This document shows positions 1-13,856 of a DNA stretch of 64,000 bases, in pieces. This DNA is from an uncultured Gemmatimonadales bacterium (GTDB lineage: Bacteria; Gemmatimonadota; Gemmatimonadetes; Gemmatimonadales; GWC2-71-9), in contig CAWJMT010000005.1 of the NCBI GenBank assembly GCA_963844035.1, positions 203,336 to 267,335 on the forward strand, in the 5' to 3' direction. The position numbers and the translations under genes are program-made. Every line of letters begins with the position of its first letter. Positions within the stretch are counted from its first letter, which is position 1. Below the pieces are notes generated by a model. That model did not search any database and was not told the origin of the DNA. It saw only the letters and a program-made list of their open reading frames with translations.

Positions 1-5
1 GTCCG

Positions 6-515
6 GTGATCTTCGTCCCGTTCCGGCTCCCCAACGTGGCGACGCCGGACGTGGTGCAGCGGTTCGGGTACATCTTCCGGCGCACGCTGCTCGACCGCGG
101 CATGGTGCCGGATCTCGAGCGGTTGCTGAACGGCGAAAGCGCGGGGAGCGGGAGAAACCGGCTGCTCGAGCACGTCGAGGCGAATCTGCTGTACTACTCG
201 ACCGCGATCATCGCGGCCGGCGACCACGCGGCGCGCCATTCGGCACTCTCGAAGGTGCGCGACGCGTCGGGTGTGCCGCTGACCGACCTGGTCGAGAACA
301 CGGTGCTGGGGCGGGTGGGGAGCGCGATCGCCATGCCGCTGCGCTCGCTGGCGCAGCTGCCGCGGGAGTGGCGTGAGGCGCTCGCGGCCTACACGACGCG
401 TCCCCCGCGGCTCACCGAGGAATTCAGCGTCAACATCCCCCACCCGGGCGTGTGGGTCACCGCTCAACCGCACGCGCCGATGCAAAGCTCGGCGACGGAG
501 AGCGCCGCAGGCTGA
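6..515 (+). CDS. hypothetical protein, probably 5'-truncated by the window edge
   Basis: ORF with GC3-rich codon usage; no recognised motif. Confidence 0.55.
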   Translation: MIFVPFRLPNVATPDVVQRFGYIFRRTLLDRGMVPDLERLLNGESAGSGRNRLLEHVEANLLYYSTAIIAAGDHAARHSALSKVRDASGVPLTDLVENTVLGRVGSAIAMPLRSLAQLPREWREALAAYTTRPPRLTEEFSVNIPHPGVWVTAQPHAPMQSSATESAAG

Positions 516-530
516 TCTCCCTCGGGCGGG

Positions 531-1747
531 TCAGGTACGGATGCGGTTCCGCCCGTCTTCCTTCGCACGATACAGCGCCTGATCGGCGGCCCGGATCACC
601 TGATCCGGCAGGCCGTGGCGACTGTTCCGCTCGGCCACGCCGATGCTGACGGTGATCGCCGCCTGGCGGCGCTTGCCTTTGCTCTTCTCGCGCTTGCGCG
701 CGACACGGATGCGGCCGCGGATCGTGAAGGCGGTGTCCGCGATCGCTTCGCGCACGGCTTCGAGGTGGGGCAGGGATTCGTCCACCGACTTGCCCGGGAA
801 CAGGATCGAGAACTCCTCCCCGCCGTAGCGGTACGCGCTTGCCCGCCGCCCTCGACGTGGGCCAGCTTCGCCGCCACCATCTTCAATACGTGATCGCCCA
901 CGTCGTGTCCGTACTCGTCGTTGAAGCGCTTGAAGTGATCCACGTCCACCATCGCGATCGCATACTGGCCGCCGAGGCGCTGCATCGCTTCGGTCAGAGC
1001 ACGGCGGGTCGGCAGCTGGGTGAGCCCGTCCTGATAGGCCAGGAGGTAGGAGGCTTCAATGACCGAGACGACGAGCACCAACCCGGCGGTGCCGAGGTAG
1101 ATCGCCGCCCCGGGGCCGGGGCGGTACGCGGTGAGGGCGAGAAACGCCGCCAGGATGGCCCAGAGGAATCCGCGCAGTGTGGCGTTGGTCTCGAACAGCA
1201 GCGGCGTGACCACGGCGCCCAGGGCGAGCGCGAACGCGAACAGCGCCGGCTGCCGCAGCGGCGCCCACGCCAGCAGCTTCGCCGGGAGCATCGGGTGCGC
1301 CAGCAGCGCCGCGGTCGCGGCCGGCGCGGTGCGGCTGAACATCACCACCAGGGTCACCTGCACCACGATGGCGCCGAGGCGCAGCAGGCCGATCGGCGTG
1401 AGCGTGCCGCGGTCGGGGAGCAGCGCGAGCGCGGCGAGGTTCAGGGGCAGGAGCACCGCGGTGGCGCGGATAATCACCTGGACCGTCGATCCGCGACCGG
1501 GCGAGCCGAGGGCGAGCGGTGGCGAGGGCCAGCACGACCAGGGCGAGCAGCAGGCGGTTGCGCTCGAACCGCCACGCCAGCAGCGCGCCCACCACGAACA
1601 CGGCGTAGGGATAGAAGCGCGCGAAGGCGGGCAGCCGTCGCGCAGCGCATCGAGCTGCAGCACGACCACGGCCGCGAGCAGCAGCACCCCGTCGGGTGCT
1701 ACCAGCGACAGCACTCGTTTCCACCAGCTGGCTTTCGCGCGTGCCAT
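531..1747 (-). CDS. membrane-bound GGDEF diguanylate cyclase (frameshifted)
   Basis: Hydrophobic N-terminus, then DGLTQL, DVDHFKRFNDEYGHDVGD, RYGGEEF (~812-832) and SIGVA...ADQALYRAK spread over two frames. Confidence 0.88.
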
Positions 1748-1884
1748 GGGTTCGCGGTTGCGGTGGCCATAAGGGTACGCAAGACGGCGTGACAGGTCAA
1801 CACAGGGGAGGCGGGCACGCGGGTTGCGTGCTCCCGCGGCGGGTGGTGATATTCAGCCCGCCGGCTCCTCTCCGGCCGAGCTAC

Positions 1885-1957
1885 GGCGGTATCGTCTAGG
1901 GGACTAGGACGGAGCCCTCTCAAGGCTCAAACACGGGTTCGAATCCCGTTACCGCTA
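1885..1957 (+). tRNA. tRNA-Glu (CTC)
   Basis: Cloverleaf: acceptor GGCGGTA/TACCGCT, anticodon arm GAGCC-CTCTCAA-GGCTC, T-loop TTCGAAT. Confidence 0.95.
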
Positions 1958-1977
1958 CTGTCAGCGCTCGCGTTTCC

Positions 1978-2049
1978 GCCCCCATCGTCTAACGGTTAGG
2001 ACACCACTCTTTCAAGGTGGGAACAGGGGTTCGATTCCCCTTGGGGGCA
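1978..2049 (+). tRNA. tRNA-Glu (TTC)
   Basis: Acceptor GCCCCCA/TGGGGGC, anticodon arm CCACT-CTTTCAA-GGTGG, T-loop TTCGATT. Confidence 0.95.
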
Positions 2050-2095
2050 CTAAGAAAGAGGGAAGAGGGAAGGGGGAAGGGGGAAGGGTAGGAGG

Positions 2096-2488
2096 GTGCC
2101 GCCGTCGGCTGTCCAGGTCGAACAGATTGCGATCATCGTGCACGACGTGGACCGGGCTGTGACGTTCTACCGCGACGTGCTCGGCCTGCCGTTCCTGTTT
2201 CAGGTCCCGAACATGGCGTTCTTCCAGTGCGGTGAAGTGCGTCTCATGCTCGGGATCCCGTCAGCGCCCGAGTTCGATCATCCCTCCTCTATCATCTACT
2301 TCAGGGTTGCCGACATCGAGGCAGCGCACCAGGCGCTGGTGACCCGCGGCGCCAGCTTTCGCAGCGCGCCGCATCTGGTGCACCGTGCTGCGGATCACGA
2401 GCTGTGGATGGCGGAATTCCAGGATCCCGACCGCAACAACCTCGCGCTGATGAGCCGCAAGGCGCCGGGATCGCCAAGGGTTGCCTAA
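2096..2488 (+). CDS. VOC/glyoxalase family protein
   Basis: QIAIIVHDVDRAVTFYRDVLGL, YFRVADI, FQDPDRN motifs. Confidence 0.88.
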   Translation: MPPSAVQVEQIAIIVHDVDRAVTFYRDVLGLPFLFQVPNMAFFQCGEVRLMLGIPSAPEFDHPSSIIYFRVADIEAAHQALVTRGASFRSAPHLVHRAADHELWMAEFQDPDRNNLALMSRKAPGSPRVA

Positions 2489-2517
2489 CGTTTTGTGGGT
2501 AGCGATGTTTCCGCCGC

Positions 2518-2590
2518 GCGCCGATAGCTCAATTGGTAGAGCAAATGACTCTTAATCATTAGGTTCTCGGTTCGATTCCGAGTCGGCGCA
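2518..2590 (+). tRNA. tRNA-Lys (CTT)
   Basis: Acceptor GCGCCGA/TCGGCGC, anticodon arm AATGA-CTCTTAA-TCATT. Confidence 0.95.
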
Positions 2591-2672
2591 TGACGTCGTT
2601 CCAACCCCCCGGGCCTCCCACTCGGGGGACCTCCTGCTGCCAAATTGCCTGGGAGCATCGCAGCGTCCTCCT

Positions 2673-3025
2673 CTAATAGCCCTGCGGCGCTTCCACTAAC
2701 GCCCTGGCGAACAAGGCTAGAACGAAGATGCCGAGCGCGAGCCCGATCGTTCTTCCAGCATCGACCTGGTGGATCGCGACCTGTATGACGTCCGAGACCG
2801 CGACCTTAGATGGCGTTCCGTGGAGGACCCCCGCTACGCTGTCGCCCGCAGCGATTCGGGGCTCAAGGAGATCCATCGCGAGCCGTCGGCCAGGGTCAGG
2901 CGCACGGCAGTGGGGTGCTTGGTGGAGATCATCTGCGACGGGCTGACCCCCTTCTCGACGTGCCACGTGGTGCACGCGGCGAGATACCAGAGGAGGAGCG
3001 CACAGGCGATCGGTCGGCGCAGCAT
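2673..3025 (-). CDS. small hypothetical lipoprotein (frameshifted)
   Basis: GGAG SD then MLRRPIACALLLWYLAAC lipobox; continues in a second frame to a C-terminal hydrophobic segment. Confidence 0.55.
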
Positions 3026-3222
3026 GGGTGACTCCCTTGTGGGTTCGCCAGCAATAGACGCTCGCGCTCTCAAGCGAGAATCAAGGAAGCCAGACCGCGC
3101 GACTCACCCCATCGGGCGATCTCCCTACTCCACCCCTCCACCGAACGAGGCATGCCTATTGAGCCCCGCCCCTTACATGTTGCAGCAGGCCGGTCGTACG
3201 CCGTCGTCCACTGGAGGTTTCC

Positions 3223-3938
3223 GTGAAACGCTTCTGGGTATTCGTACTCTTGATCGTGGTTGCCTGTACCAGACACGTCGGGCCCGTCCACCGTGCCCGT
3301 GACAATCGTTGTCACGAACGACCTGATCGACCCCGTCACCATCAATGTGAATGGACATAGCCGTAGGGATTACTGCAGCGAGCGCTACTCAGCAGGTGAC
3401 CGTCAACGTTGCCGGGAGCCTCACGGTTTCCTTCGATCTGAACCGTCCCACGACCACCGGGGGAACTCCGCTTGGTGAGCAGATGTTCGGCGACTTTGAG
3501 ACAATCTCGAACCCCAGCGGCACCTACACGTTCACCGTGGACAACTTTGTAGGCACGCAAGAATACTTCTCCCCGTTGATTTCAAACTCCGGCGCATATC
3601 CAATCCTCATGGCAGTCAACTGGGGTCTCGTTTCAGAAAACTGGTGCAATTGCACCGCTCCTTCGGGTGGGTTGGACATCAACATCGGATACTATCGCTT
3701 GTTCGCCAACACCGAAGTCAGAGGTTATGGGACCGTGAGCGGCTATGGAAACGGCACCTATGCCTTCTGGAACGTTTCAACCTTTGGTCCCGACGTAGAG
3801 GTCGGAACCGGCGTCGTGCTGCTCGCCAATAGCTCGAACATCCTGTCGCCGCCGATCGGGGTGGCGGGAGTTGCCGGAACGGTCACAAGAGGGACAGGTC
3901 GCCCAACATTGGGTCGGGCACTGACGAATACGCCGTAA
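3223..3938 (+). CDS. hypothetical lipoprotein (frameshifted), lower GC than flanks
   Basis: GGAGG SD, GTG start MKRFWVFVLLIVVAC; joins ORFs 3260 and 3351. Confidence 0.55.
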
Positions 3939-4103
3939 GCCGCATTCTTGGAGCGGACCCGGGCACCTAGCCCGGGGGAATGGCGCGTTCCGAGTGGGCC
4001 GCGTTCCCTGCTTCATGAAGACCCCTTCCTTGACAGACTGCAGACCGCCAGCAGCTTAGCCCCTCATCGACAACGAGCACCCTCCAGCCCGGGAGATCCA
4101 ACC

Positions 4104-4557
4104 ATGCGTCGCACGTTCGCTTCTCCACTCATTGGCATGGCGTTGGTCGCAGTCGTCTGTGCTCCCGTGGGAGCCCAGGCGAAGGGGAAGTCGCTTACGT
4201 CCGGCTCGGGGGCAAGACGGCCATCACCGCCGTGGTCAACGAATTTGTTTCCGGGTGGGCGCCGACAACCGCATCAACAGGTTCTTCGCGGCCACGGTGG
4301 CCGACACCGCTCGGTTGGCGGCCCTCAAGGGAAAGCTCGTGGATCAGATTTGCCAGGCGACCGGCGACCACTGCCACTACATGGGGAAGGACATGAAGAC
4401 CGCCCATGCAGGCATGGGAATCACGCACGCCGACTTCGCCGCGCTGGTCGAGGATCTGTCGGGCGCGCTGGACAGTTACAATGTGGCGCCGGCGGACAAG
4501 GCCGAGCTTCTCGGCGCGCTCGCACCAATGGAAGAGGACATCGTCGAGGGCACCTGA
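4104..4557 (+). CDS. group 1 truncated hemoglobin with N-terminal signal peptide (frameshifted)
   Basis: RLGGKTAITAVV, DNRINRFF, LVDQICQATG, YMGKDMKTAHAGMGITHADF are GlbN-type motifs; signal ends ...AQA. Confidence 0.88.
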
Positions 4558-4794
4558 CAGCCCGGGAACCCCTCGGCCGAGTGGGCGCCCTGGTGGACGA
4601 CCCCCGGCCTGACCTGTAGCTTGTCGGGTCTCTTCCAATTCGGCCCATCAATTGACGGATCGTGGCACCGCACGACCTACAGTCTGACGATCTCGACCCC
4701 GCACGCGGAGTCCTGACTGGCGTCCTCCTGGGCCTCGGGCTGTGGGCGCTGCTGATCGCCACCTGTTTCGCGGTGAGAAGGGGCTAGCCCCGCA

Positions 4795-5974
<1,180 letters not shown>

Positions 5975-5998
5975 GGCTACCAAGCGAAGGATTCGACG

Positions 5999-7732
<1,734 letters not shown>

Positions 7733-7763
7733 GGCTACCAAGCTAAGGGTGGTGCCGCGTCAG

Positions 7764-9959
7764 TTACCGGTCAGAAATCACACGAACGACGGTCCCTGTA
7801 CGCATCCACCACATAGATGGGACCACGGCGGATGTCGTTACCCAGGGAGAGTGGCGGGGCGCCGCCCGTGCGGCGGGGCCGTGAAGATGTGCGTGTACGT
7901 GTCCGCCGCACCGTAATTCACGGTGTAGCCGATGTCCTCCTGCGCGGCGATGGATGCGATGCTCAAGCGGGTTGCTGCCGCCGTTCACGTACCCCGTCAT
8001 CAGCTCGTTGCCGAGCACGACCTCGCGCCAATGGCCGTTGACGGTGCCGCCGCCGCACACGGGTGAGACAAAGGGCGACGTGCCGCAGTTCTCGACCGGC
8101 ACCTTGTTGCCGGCCGGAGGACTGCTGCCGCCTCCCGTGTAGGTCGTGCCGCCTACGGAGTCGAAGGCGGCGCGCGCCTTGGGACAGCTGAAGTAGGTGT
8201 CCTGAATCGTGCCCGGCGGGCTGGACGGCGAGCGCCAGCAGGCGTTGGGCGACTGGTCCCACAGGGTTCCGAACCCGAGCACGTGGCCCATCTCGTGCAG
8301 GATGACCGTGTTCGAGCTGGCCGTTGCCGATCAAGCGTGGCGACGTCGGCCGAATCGAAGACCATGACGCCCGACCACGGTCAGGCCGTTGGACATCCTG
8401 ATGAAGCACGGACCCGCCTGGCCCAGGATCTGGCCGGGTCCGTCGATCGAATCGAACTTCGCCAGGATCAGGAGGTCGGTCACGGTCTGGTTGATCGGCC
8501 GGCTCTCCGGCGCCGCACTGCGTCCCGCTGCATCGGTGACCGACGACCGGCGGACCGACGTGGCGGTAGATGATGGACTGCCACTTGGCGACCGCGGAGG
8601 TCGAACGCGGCCTGTCGCCCGCGGCGACGGCGTGGGACCGTAGTACTGGATCTGATGGTGTAACTGCGCCGCCACCCCCGTGTCCGCGAAGGTGACGGGA
8701 TTGCCGGAGATCCCGCTCCCCGTGACGGTCGCGGTCATGGTATTGGTCGCCGGCGCCGCTGCCGAGCGTCCAGCTGCCCACCTGCGCCACGCCATTGGAG
8801 TTCGTGGTCGTCGTGCCCAGGGTGAGGCTGCCGCCGCCCGTCGCGACCGCGAAGGTGACGGCGGCGCCCGGGATGGGGTTGCTGCCGCCGTCCGTGACGC
8901 GCACCGCCGGCCGCGTGTTGACCGGATAGCCCACCAACCCCACCTGGTTGTTGCCCGACGAACGCGGCCACGATGGCTGACTGCGACGTGGCGGTGAAGA
9001 TGGCAGGATTGCCGGTGATGCCCGTTCCAGTGACGGTTGCGGTCAACGTGTCTTCCCCGGCGTTGCCGAGCGTCCAACTGCCCACGGTCGCGATACCGAG
9101 GGCGTTGGTGGTCTGACTCGCCCCGGTCACCACGCCGTGACCAACGCCCGCGGCGAACGTCACCGTGGCGCCCGGCTTCACATTGTTGAACGCATCCTTG
9201 ACGAGCACCGCGGGACGGACCGGGACCACCTGGCCGCTGAGACCCGTCTGCCCGTCTCCCGCCTGCTTCGTAACACTGGCGGGTGGGCCCGCGGTCGCGG
9301 TCGCGGTGAACGTTTGCGCCGGACTCGTACCCACGGTCGCGGTTGCCGACTGGTTGCCCGCGGTCTGGCCGAGGGTCCACGTGGTCTGCGCTTGTCCGGT
9401 CCCGTCCGCCGTTACGGACGCAGTCGCCACGCTCCCCGATCCGGTGGCTGACGGCGAAGGTGACGGTCGCGCCCGCAACCGGGTGCCCGGTCGCGTCGCG
9501 CGCCTGCACGACGATCGGCTGAGGGAGCGTCTGCGCGACGGTGTCGGTCTGCAGGTCCCCGGAAACCTTGAAGACCTGCGAGGCGGTCTGCACGACGGTG
9601 ACGGCGACGTTCGCCGACGCGCTCCCCGACGTCACGCTCAGCTGCGCGGTGCCGTTCGCGACCGCCGTGGCGAGGCCGGTCGAGCTCACGGTGACTACGC
9701 CTGCGTTGTTGGTCGTCCACGCGACGCTGGCGCCCGTGATCGGGGTGCCGGTTTGGTCCTTGACGACAGCGGTGAGCTGCTGGGAGCCGCCGATCGCGGT
9801 GAGGGTGATGGCGGCCGATGGTGCGACGTCGATGGTGGTGGGGGCGGGCGGCTCGGAGCTTTCTTCGCAGGTGCTGAGGACCAGCGGGAGCGCGATCAAG
9901 ACGGCGCCCAACCGAAGGGGGTAACGGCACAGCGTTATCACACGGGAATAATAGGTCAC
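7764..9959 (-). CDS. secreted multi-Ig-domain zinc metalloprotease (leishmanolysin/M8-like), frameshifted
   Basis: Signal/lipobox, repeated Ig modules, IDGPGQILGQAGPC, ILHEMGHVLGFG, HWRE..LGNELMTG. Confidence 0.8.
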
Positions 9960-10025
9960 GTCCTCACCACACCCAAATAGCTAGATCATCCGACGCATGA
10001 TGCGGTGCCGCCGCACCCCAATTAG

Positions 10026-10082
10026 GTAAATCCACTTTCATCCCGCCGACGGATGTACCCCGGCGCCCAGCGCGGACAGCTT
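10026..10082 (+). promoter_or_regulatory. shared promoter motif copy 1 (upstream of ice-binding gene 1)
   Basis: GTAAATCCACTTTCATCC-N7-GGATG-N21-CAGCTT. Confidence 0.75.
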
Positions 10083-10121
10083 GTAAGGAATCTCTGTTCA
10101 CATCAACCGCTGGGAGCAACC

Positions 10122-11093
10122 ATGTATTCTCTGCCACGACTGACGGCCCGACTCGCCGTCGCTGCCTCGTTTGCCGCGCTGCTGACCGCAGCGTGTAGCC
10201 CCGACTCCAAAGACGTCTCCTCACTTTCCGGCCCAACCCTGTCCGCGGCCCGCCAGGCCGGCGGTGGGGCAGCGGCGTCGGACTTCGTGGTGCTCGCAAA
10301 CGCTGGGGTGACCTGCACCGACGGGACCATTAACGGCAGCGTGGGCACCTTCCTCGCTCCGCCGACCGGTGCGTTCACCAATACCCGGTGCGTGATCACG
10401 GGGACGAGTCACCTCGGCGACGCAGCGGCCGTCGCGGCCTACAACGCCTATCGCACCGAGTACGCAGCGCTCGCGCCCGTACTGGGGGACTGCGACGCCG
10501 CCCATACCTTGCCGAGCACGATCGCGGCCTCCCTGACGCTGGCGCCCGGTGTCTACTGCACCGGTGCGGCATTGACGGCAACGGACGTCACGTTGACCCT
10601 TGACGCGGGTGGTAACCCCAACGCGACCTGGCTGTTCAAGATCGGGTCGAGCGGCACGGCCGGCACGGGCGCCCTCACGGGCACCAACTTTTCGGTGATC
10701 ATGGCCGGCGGCGGGCAGGCGTGCAACGTGACGTGGTGGGTCTCTCAGGCCGCGACGATCACGACGAGCATCGCCACTCCGACGACCTTCTCGGGCAACA
10801 TTCTGGCGGGAGCGGCTATCACCCTGACCCAGGAGATCTTCAACGGCAACGCGTGGGCAGGAGCTTCCGGGGTCGGCGACGTGACGATGACCGGCACGAC
10901 GATCAACGGCTGTGCGGACGGCGCCGCTGACAACGGCAAAGACTGCCATAGGAAGGGCCACCACCACAAGAACCATCACGACAAGGGCCACCACCACGAC
11001 AAGCACCACGACAAGCACCACGATTCCAAGGGCCACGACTCCAAGGGCCACGACTCCAAGGGCCACGACTCCAAGCACTCGGGCCGCTACTAG
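10122..11093 (+). CDS. DUF3494 ice-binding-like lipoprotein with His/Lys/Asp-rich C-terminal tail
   Basis: Lipobox LTAAC; LAPGVYC, LTLDAGGNPNATWLFKIG, NVTWWV, FSGNILA. Confidence 0.85.
   Translation: MYSLPRLTARLAVAASFAALLTAACSPDSKDVSSLSGPTLSAARQAGGGAAASDFVVLANAGVTCTDGTINGSVGTFLAPPTGAFTNTRCVITGTSHLGDAAAVAAYNAYRTEYAALAPVLGDCDAAHTLPSTIAASLTLAPGVYCTGAALTATDVTLTLDAGGNPNATWLFKIGSSGTAGTGALTGTNFSVIMAGGGQACNVTWWVSQAATITTSIATPTTFSGNILAGAAITLTQEIFNGNAWAGASGVGDVTMTGTTINGCADGAADNGKDCHRKGHHHKNHHDKGHHHDKHHDKHHDSKGHDSKGHDSKGHDSKHSGRY
10953..11078 (+). repeat. coding tandem repeats (12-nt CACGACAAGCAC and 15-nt TCCAAGGGCCACGAC) encoding a His-rich tail
   Basis: KGHHHKNHHDKGHHHDKHHDKHHD(SKGHD)3SKH. Confidence 0.85.
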
Positions 11094-11109
11094 CCCCCGC
11101 GGAGAACGA

Positions 11110-11138
11110 CGCGGAGGGGCGCAGTCCCGCCCCTCCGC
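11110..11138 (+). terminator. GC-rich hairpin after ice-binding gene 1
   Basis: GCGGAGGGGCG-CAGTCC-CGCCCCTCCGC; no U-tract. Confidence 0.45.
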
Positions 11139-11168
11139 GGCACTCCAGGCCTGACGTTGGGAGGACGC

Positions 11169-11264
11169 ATGAGTGATCCCAGGAAAACTTTCATGCTCTA
11201 CGCCCTGATCCTCGTCATTATGTCGATCGGCGCGGTGGTGTCCGCGTCCGCCTGGCGGTGGTGA
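11169..11264 (+). CDS. 31-aa single-pass membrane peptide (not in ORF track)
   Basis: GGAGG SD, MSDPRKTFMLYALILVIMSIGAVVSASAWRW*. Confidence 0.55.
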   Translation: MSDPRKTFMLYALILVIMSIGAVVSASAWRW

Positions 11265-11441
11265 TGACGGATGGTACACGAGCCCCGGCGCACCCCTCAG
11301 GTTGCCCGGTTGTTGGGAGGAGGTGGGCGGCCAAGACCGCCCTCTTTCTTTTCAACCGGCAGGGATGACACAGGGAGACACCTACCTCAAAGGAGCTAGT
11401 GCGTTCGGGCGACAACCGTCTCGCGGCGTCGCCCTTCGTTT

Positions 11442-11498
11442 CTAAATCCTCTTTCGTCCGCCTGAGGGATGGGCGCTGAAGCACGCGCCAGCGAGGTT
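11442..11498 (+). promoter_or_regulatory. shared promoter motif copy 2 (upstream of ice-binding gene 2 / ompA)
   Basis: CTAAATCCTCTTTCGTCC-N7-GGATG-N21-GAGGTT. Confidence 0.75.
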
Positions 11499-11584
11499 TG
11501 AGACACTTGGGCGAGGAAGTTTCCGACCGCCACACGGATCCCGGGATGTATTGGCAGGGACACGAAATACTTCGGAGGCAGCAA

Positions 11585-12580
11585 ATGTTCACTCTTTCCC
11601 GACACATGGCTCGACTCCTCGTCATCGTCCCGCTCGCCGTGGCGCTTGCCGCTGCGTGCGAGCACACCGAAGGCCCACCGGTTGCCGGTCAATTGCTGGC
11701 CATCACGGTCACGCCCAACCCGGTCACCCTGCCCCCCAGCGGCCCCCAGCAGTTCGCTGCCGCGGGCACCGACATCACGGGCGCGGTCGTTTCCATAACG
11801 CCGGTGACCTGGTCCGTCGTGGCGAGCGGGGGAACCATCAACAGCAGCTCGGGTTTGTTCACCGCGGGTGCGACGCTCGCGACGTTCCCCAGTACGGTGC
11901 GGGCGTGCAATAGCCTCGGTGACACGTGTGGCTTCGCGACCGTGATCGTAGCCAACACCGCCCCGGTCGGGCCAACCCTGGGAACGGCGGCGACCTACGG
12001 GATCCTGGCCGGCGCGTCGGTCACCTGTGCCGGCGCTCCGGGCACCATCAACGCCGATGTGGGCATCAGCCCGGGCAACACGCTCACGGGCTTCCCGCCG
12101 TGCACGATCACCGGCGTCCAGCACCTCGGGGACGCGACCGCGCTCACGGCGCAGAACGACCTCACCGCGAACTACAACGCGCTCGTCGCCCTGAATTGCA
12201 CCAGCACCATTGTCGCCGATCTGGGCGGCACGACGATCACGCCGGGTGTGTATTGCGGCTCGTCGTCGGTGGCAGTGACGGGCACCCTGACGCTCGACGG
12301 CCAGGGCAACGCCAACGCGCTGTTCGTGATCAAGGCCGGGTCCACGCTCACGACCGGCACGGGCGCGAATATCGCGCTCACCAATGGCACCCAGGCGAAG
12401 AACGTGTGGTGGCAGGTCAGCAGCTCCGCGACGCTCGGGACCGGCACGACGTTCCGAGGCAACATTATCGCGTTAACGACCATCACCCTCGCCGGCACCG
12501 CCAACATGACCGGCAGGGCCTTGGCGCGTAACGGGTCCGTGAGTTTGGCGGCCACCGGCAACACCATCACACTGCCGTAG
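11585..12580 (+). CDS. Ig-like plus DUF3494 ice-binding-like lipoprotein
   Basis: GGAGG SD; LAAAC lipobox; LGTAATYGILAG, DLGGTTITPGVY, LTLDGQGNANALFVIK, KNVWWQVSSSATLG, GRALARNGSVSL. Confidence 0.9.
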   Translation: MFTLSRHMARLLVIVPLAVALAAACEHTEGPPVAGQLLAITVTPNPVTLPPSGPQQFAAAGTDITGAVVSITPVTWSVVASGGTINSSSGLFTAGATLATFPSTVRACNSLGDTCGFATVIVANTAPVGPTLGTAATYGILAGASVTCAGAPGTINADVGISPGNTLTGFPPCTITGVQHLGDATALTAQNDLTANYNALVALNCTSTIVADLGGTTITPGVYCGSSSVAVTGTLTLDGQGNANALFVIKAGSTLTTGTGANIALTNGTQAKNVWWQVSSSATLGTGTTFRGNIIALTTITLAGTANMTGRALARNGSVSLAATGNTITLP

Positions 12581-12679
12581 GCGTCCGTTCGCACGCTGGC
12601 GCGGGAGCCGGAGACCAATCCGGTCGCCGTCTCCCGCACCCGCCGGAAGCCGTGACTTTACACAGATTGGGGAGAAGAC

Positions 12680-13725
12680 ATGCGTGATCAAATGCTGAAG
12701 AGTGTGCGAACGCTGGCGGCGTTCCTGCCGGTGCTGGTGCTGGCGCAGCCGGTGGCGGCCCAGCAGGCGGCCCATCGCGAAGGCAGCTGGGAATTCAGCC
12801 TGGGCGGCGGCGCGATGTTCGCTCGACAACGGACCTCGCGACCTATCTCGGGAGCGCAGGGTTCGCCGACAACGCCGACCCGAGTGGCACCGTGCCCGGC
12901 GGGGTGGTGCGCTTGGGCTACAACATCGACAAGCACCTCGGGTTCAGCGGCGGTGCCGGATTTGGCACCGGGTCCGGCGTGAAGTACCTGACGCCGTTCG
13001 GCGACTTCACCTACACGATCAACCTGAACGCGAAGACGAGCCCCTTCCTCACCGGCGGCACGCAGTTCACCCGCATCACCGGCAACGACCGCGTCACACA
13101 CCCCGTCTGGGGCGGGCGCGTCGGCCTCGGTGTCCGGCACATGCTCAGCGAGAACCTGGCGCTGCGGCTCGAGGCCCGGGCGGGGTTCGAGCACTACGCG
13201 GAGATTGCCGGGACCCAGATGAACCCTGTCGTGACGCTGGGCATCTCGTACTTCACCGCCGGCCGCCAGCCCCCGGTCGCCGTGGTGCCGCCGCCGTGTC
13301 CGGTGTGTGCGCACGCGCGGGTGGATACCGTGTGGCGGACGACGCCGGCGCCGGCCCCCATCACCATCGTGCTTCGCGATACGCTGGTGCTCGAGGGCGT
13401 CAACTTCGACTTCGACTCCTCGGCCCTGACGCCCGAGTCCCACTGGGTGCTCGACCGCGTGGCGCAGGAGATGCTCAAGCCCGAGTGGGTGAACACCCGC
13501 TGGGAGATCGCGGGTCACACGAGTAGCATCGGCACGCACGAGTACAACATGGCGCTGTCGCAGCGCCGGGCTGAGGCCGTGCGGGCGTACCTCGTGTCGC
13601 GCGGTGTCCCGAACACCCGGCTGACCCCGAAAGGGTACGGCGAGACGAGCCCCATGTACCCGAACGACAATGAGGGGCGCAACTGGCGGAACCGGCGCGT
13701 GGAGCTGCGGCGCATCAAACCGTAA
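12680..13725 (+). CDS. OmpA family outer-membrane protein (beta-barrel plus OmpA_C), frameshifted
   Basis: GVNFDFDSS, IAGHTSSIG..YNMALSQRRAEAV, GYGETSP, NRRVE. Confidence 0.9.
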
Positions 13726-13746
13726 CGCCCAACGCAGTCTGATCGA

Positions 13747-13786
13747 CGTCGAGCCTCGTTCCGGACCATCGGAACGAGGCTCGATG
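13747..13786 (+). terminator. 17-bp inverted repeat between ompA and kaiC
   Basis: CGTCGAGCCTCGTTCCG-GACCAT-CGGAACGAGGCTCGATG. Confidence 0.55.
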
Positions 13787-13856
13787 TATGTTCGGGGTGG
13801 GGGCGCTACCGTTCGAGGACCACCATTTGTTAGGGCCACTGTGCGCTGGTGAGTGC

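Noticed and set aside
2590..3950. Genomic island integrated at tRNA-Lys
   Set aside because: Lower-GC genes follow the tRNA, but I found no integrase and no repeat of the tRNA 3' end in the window.
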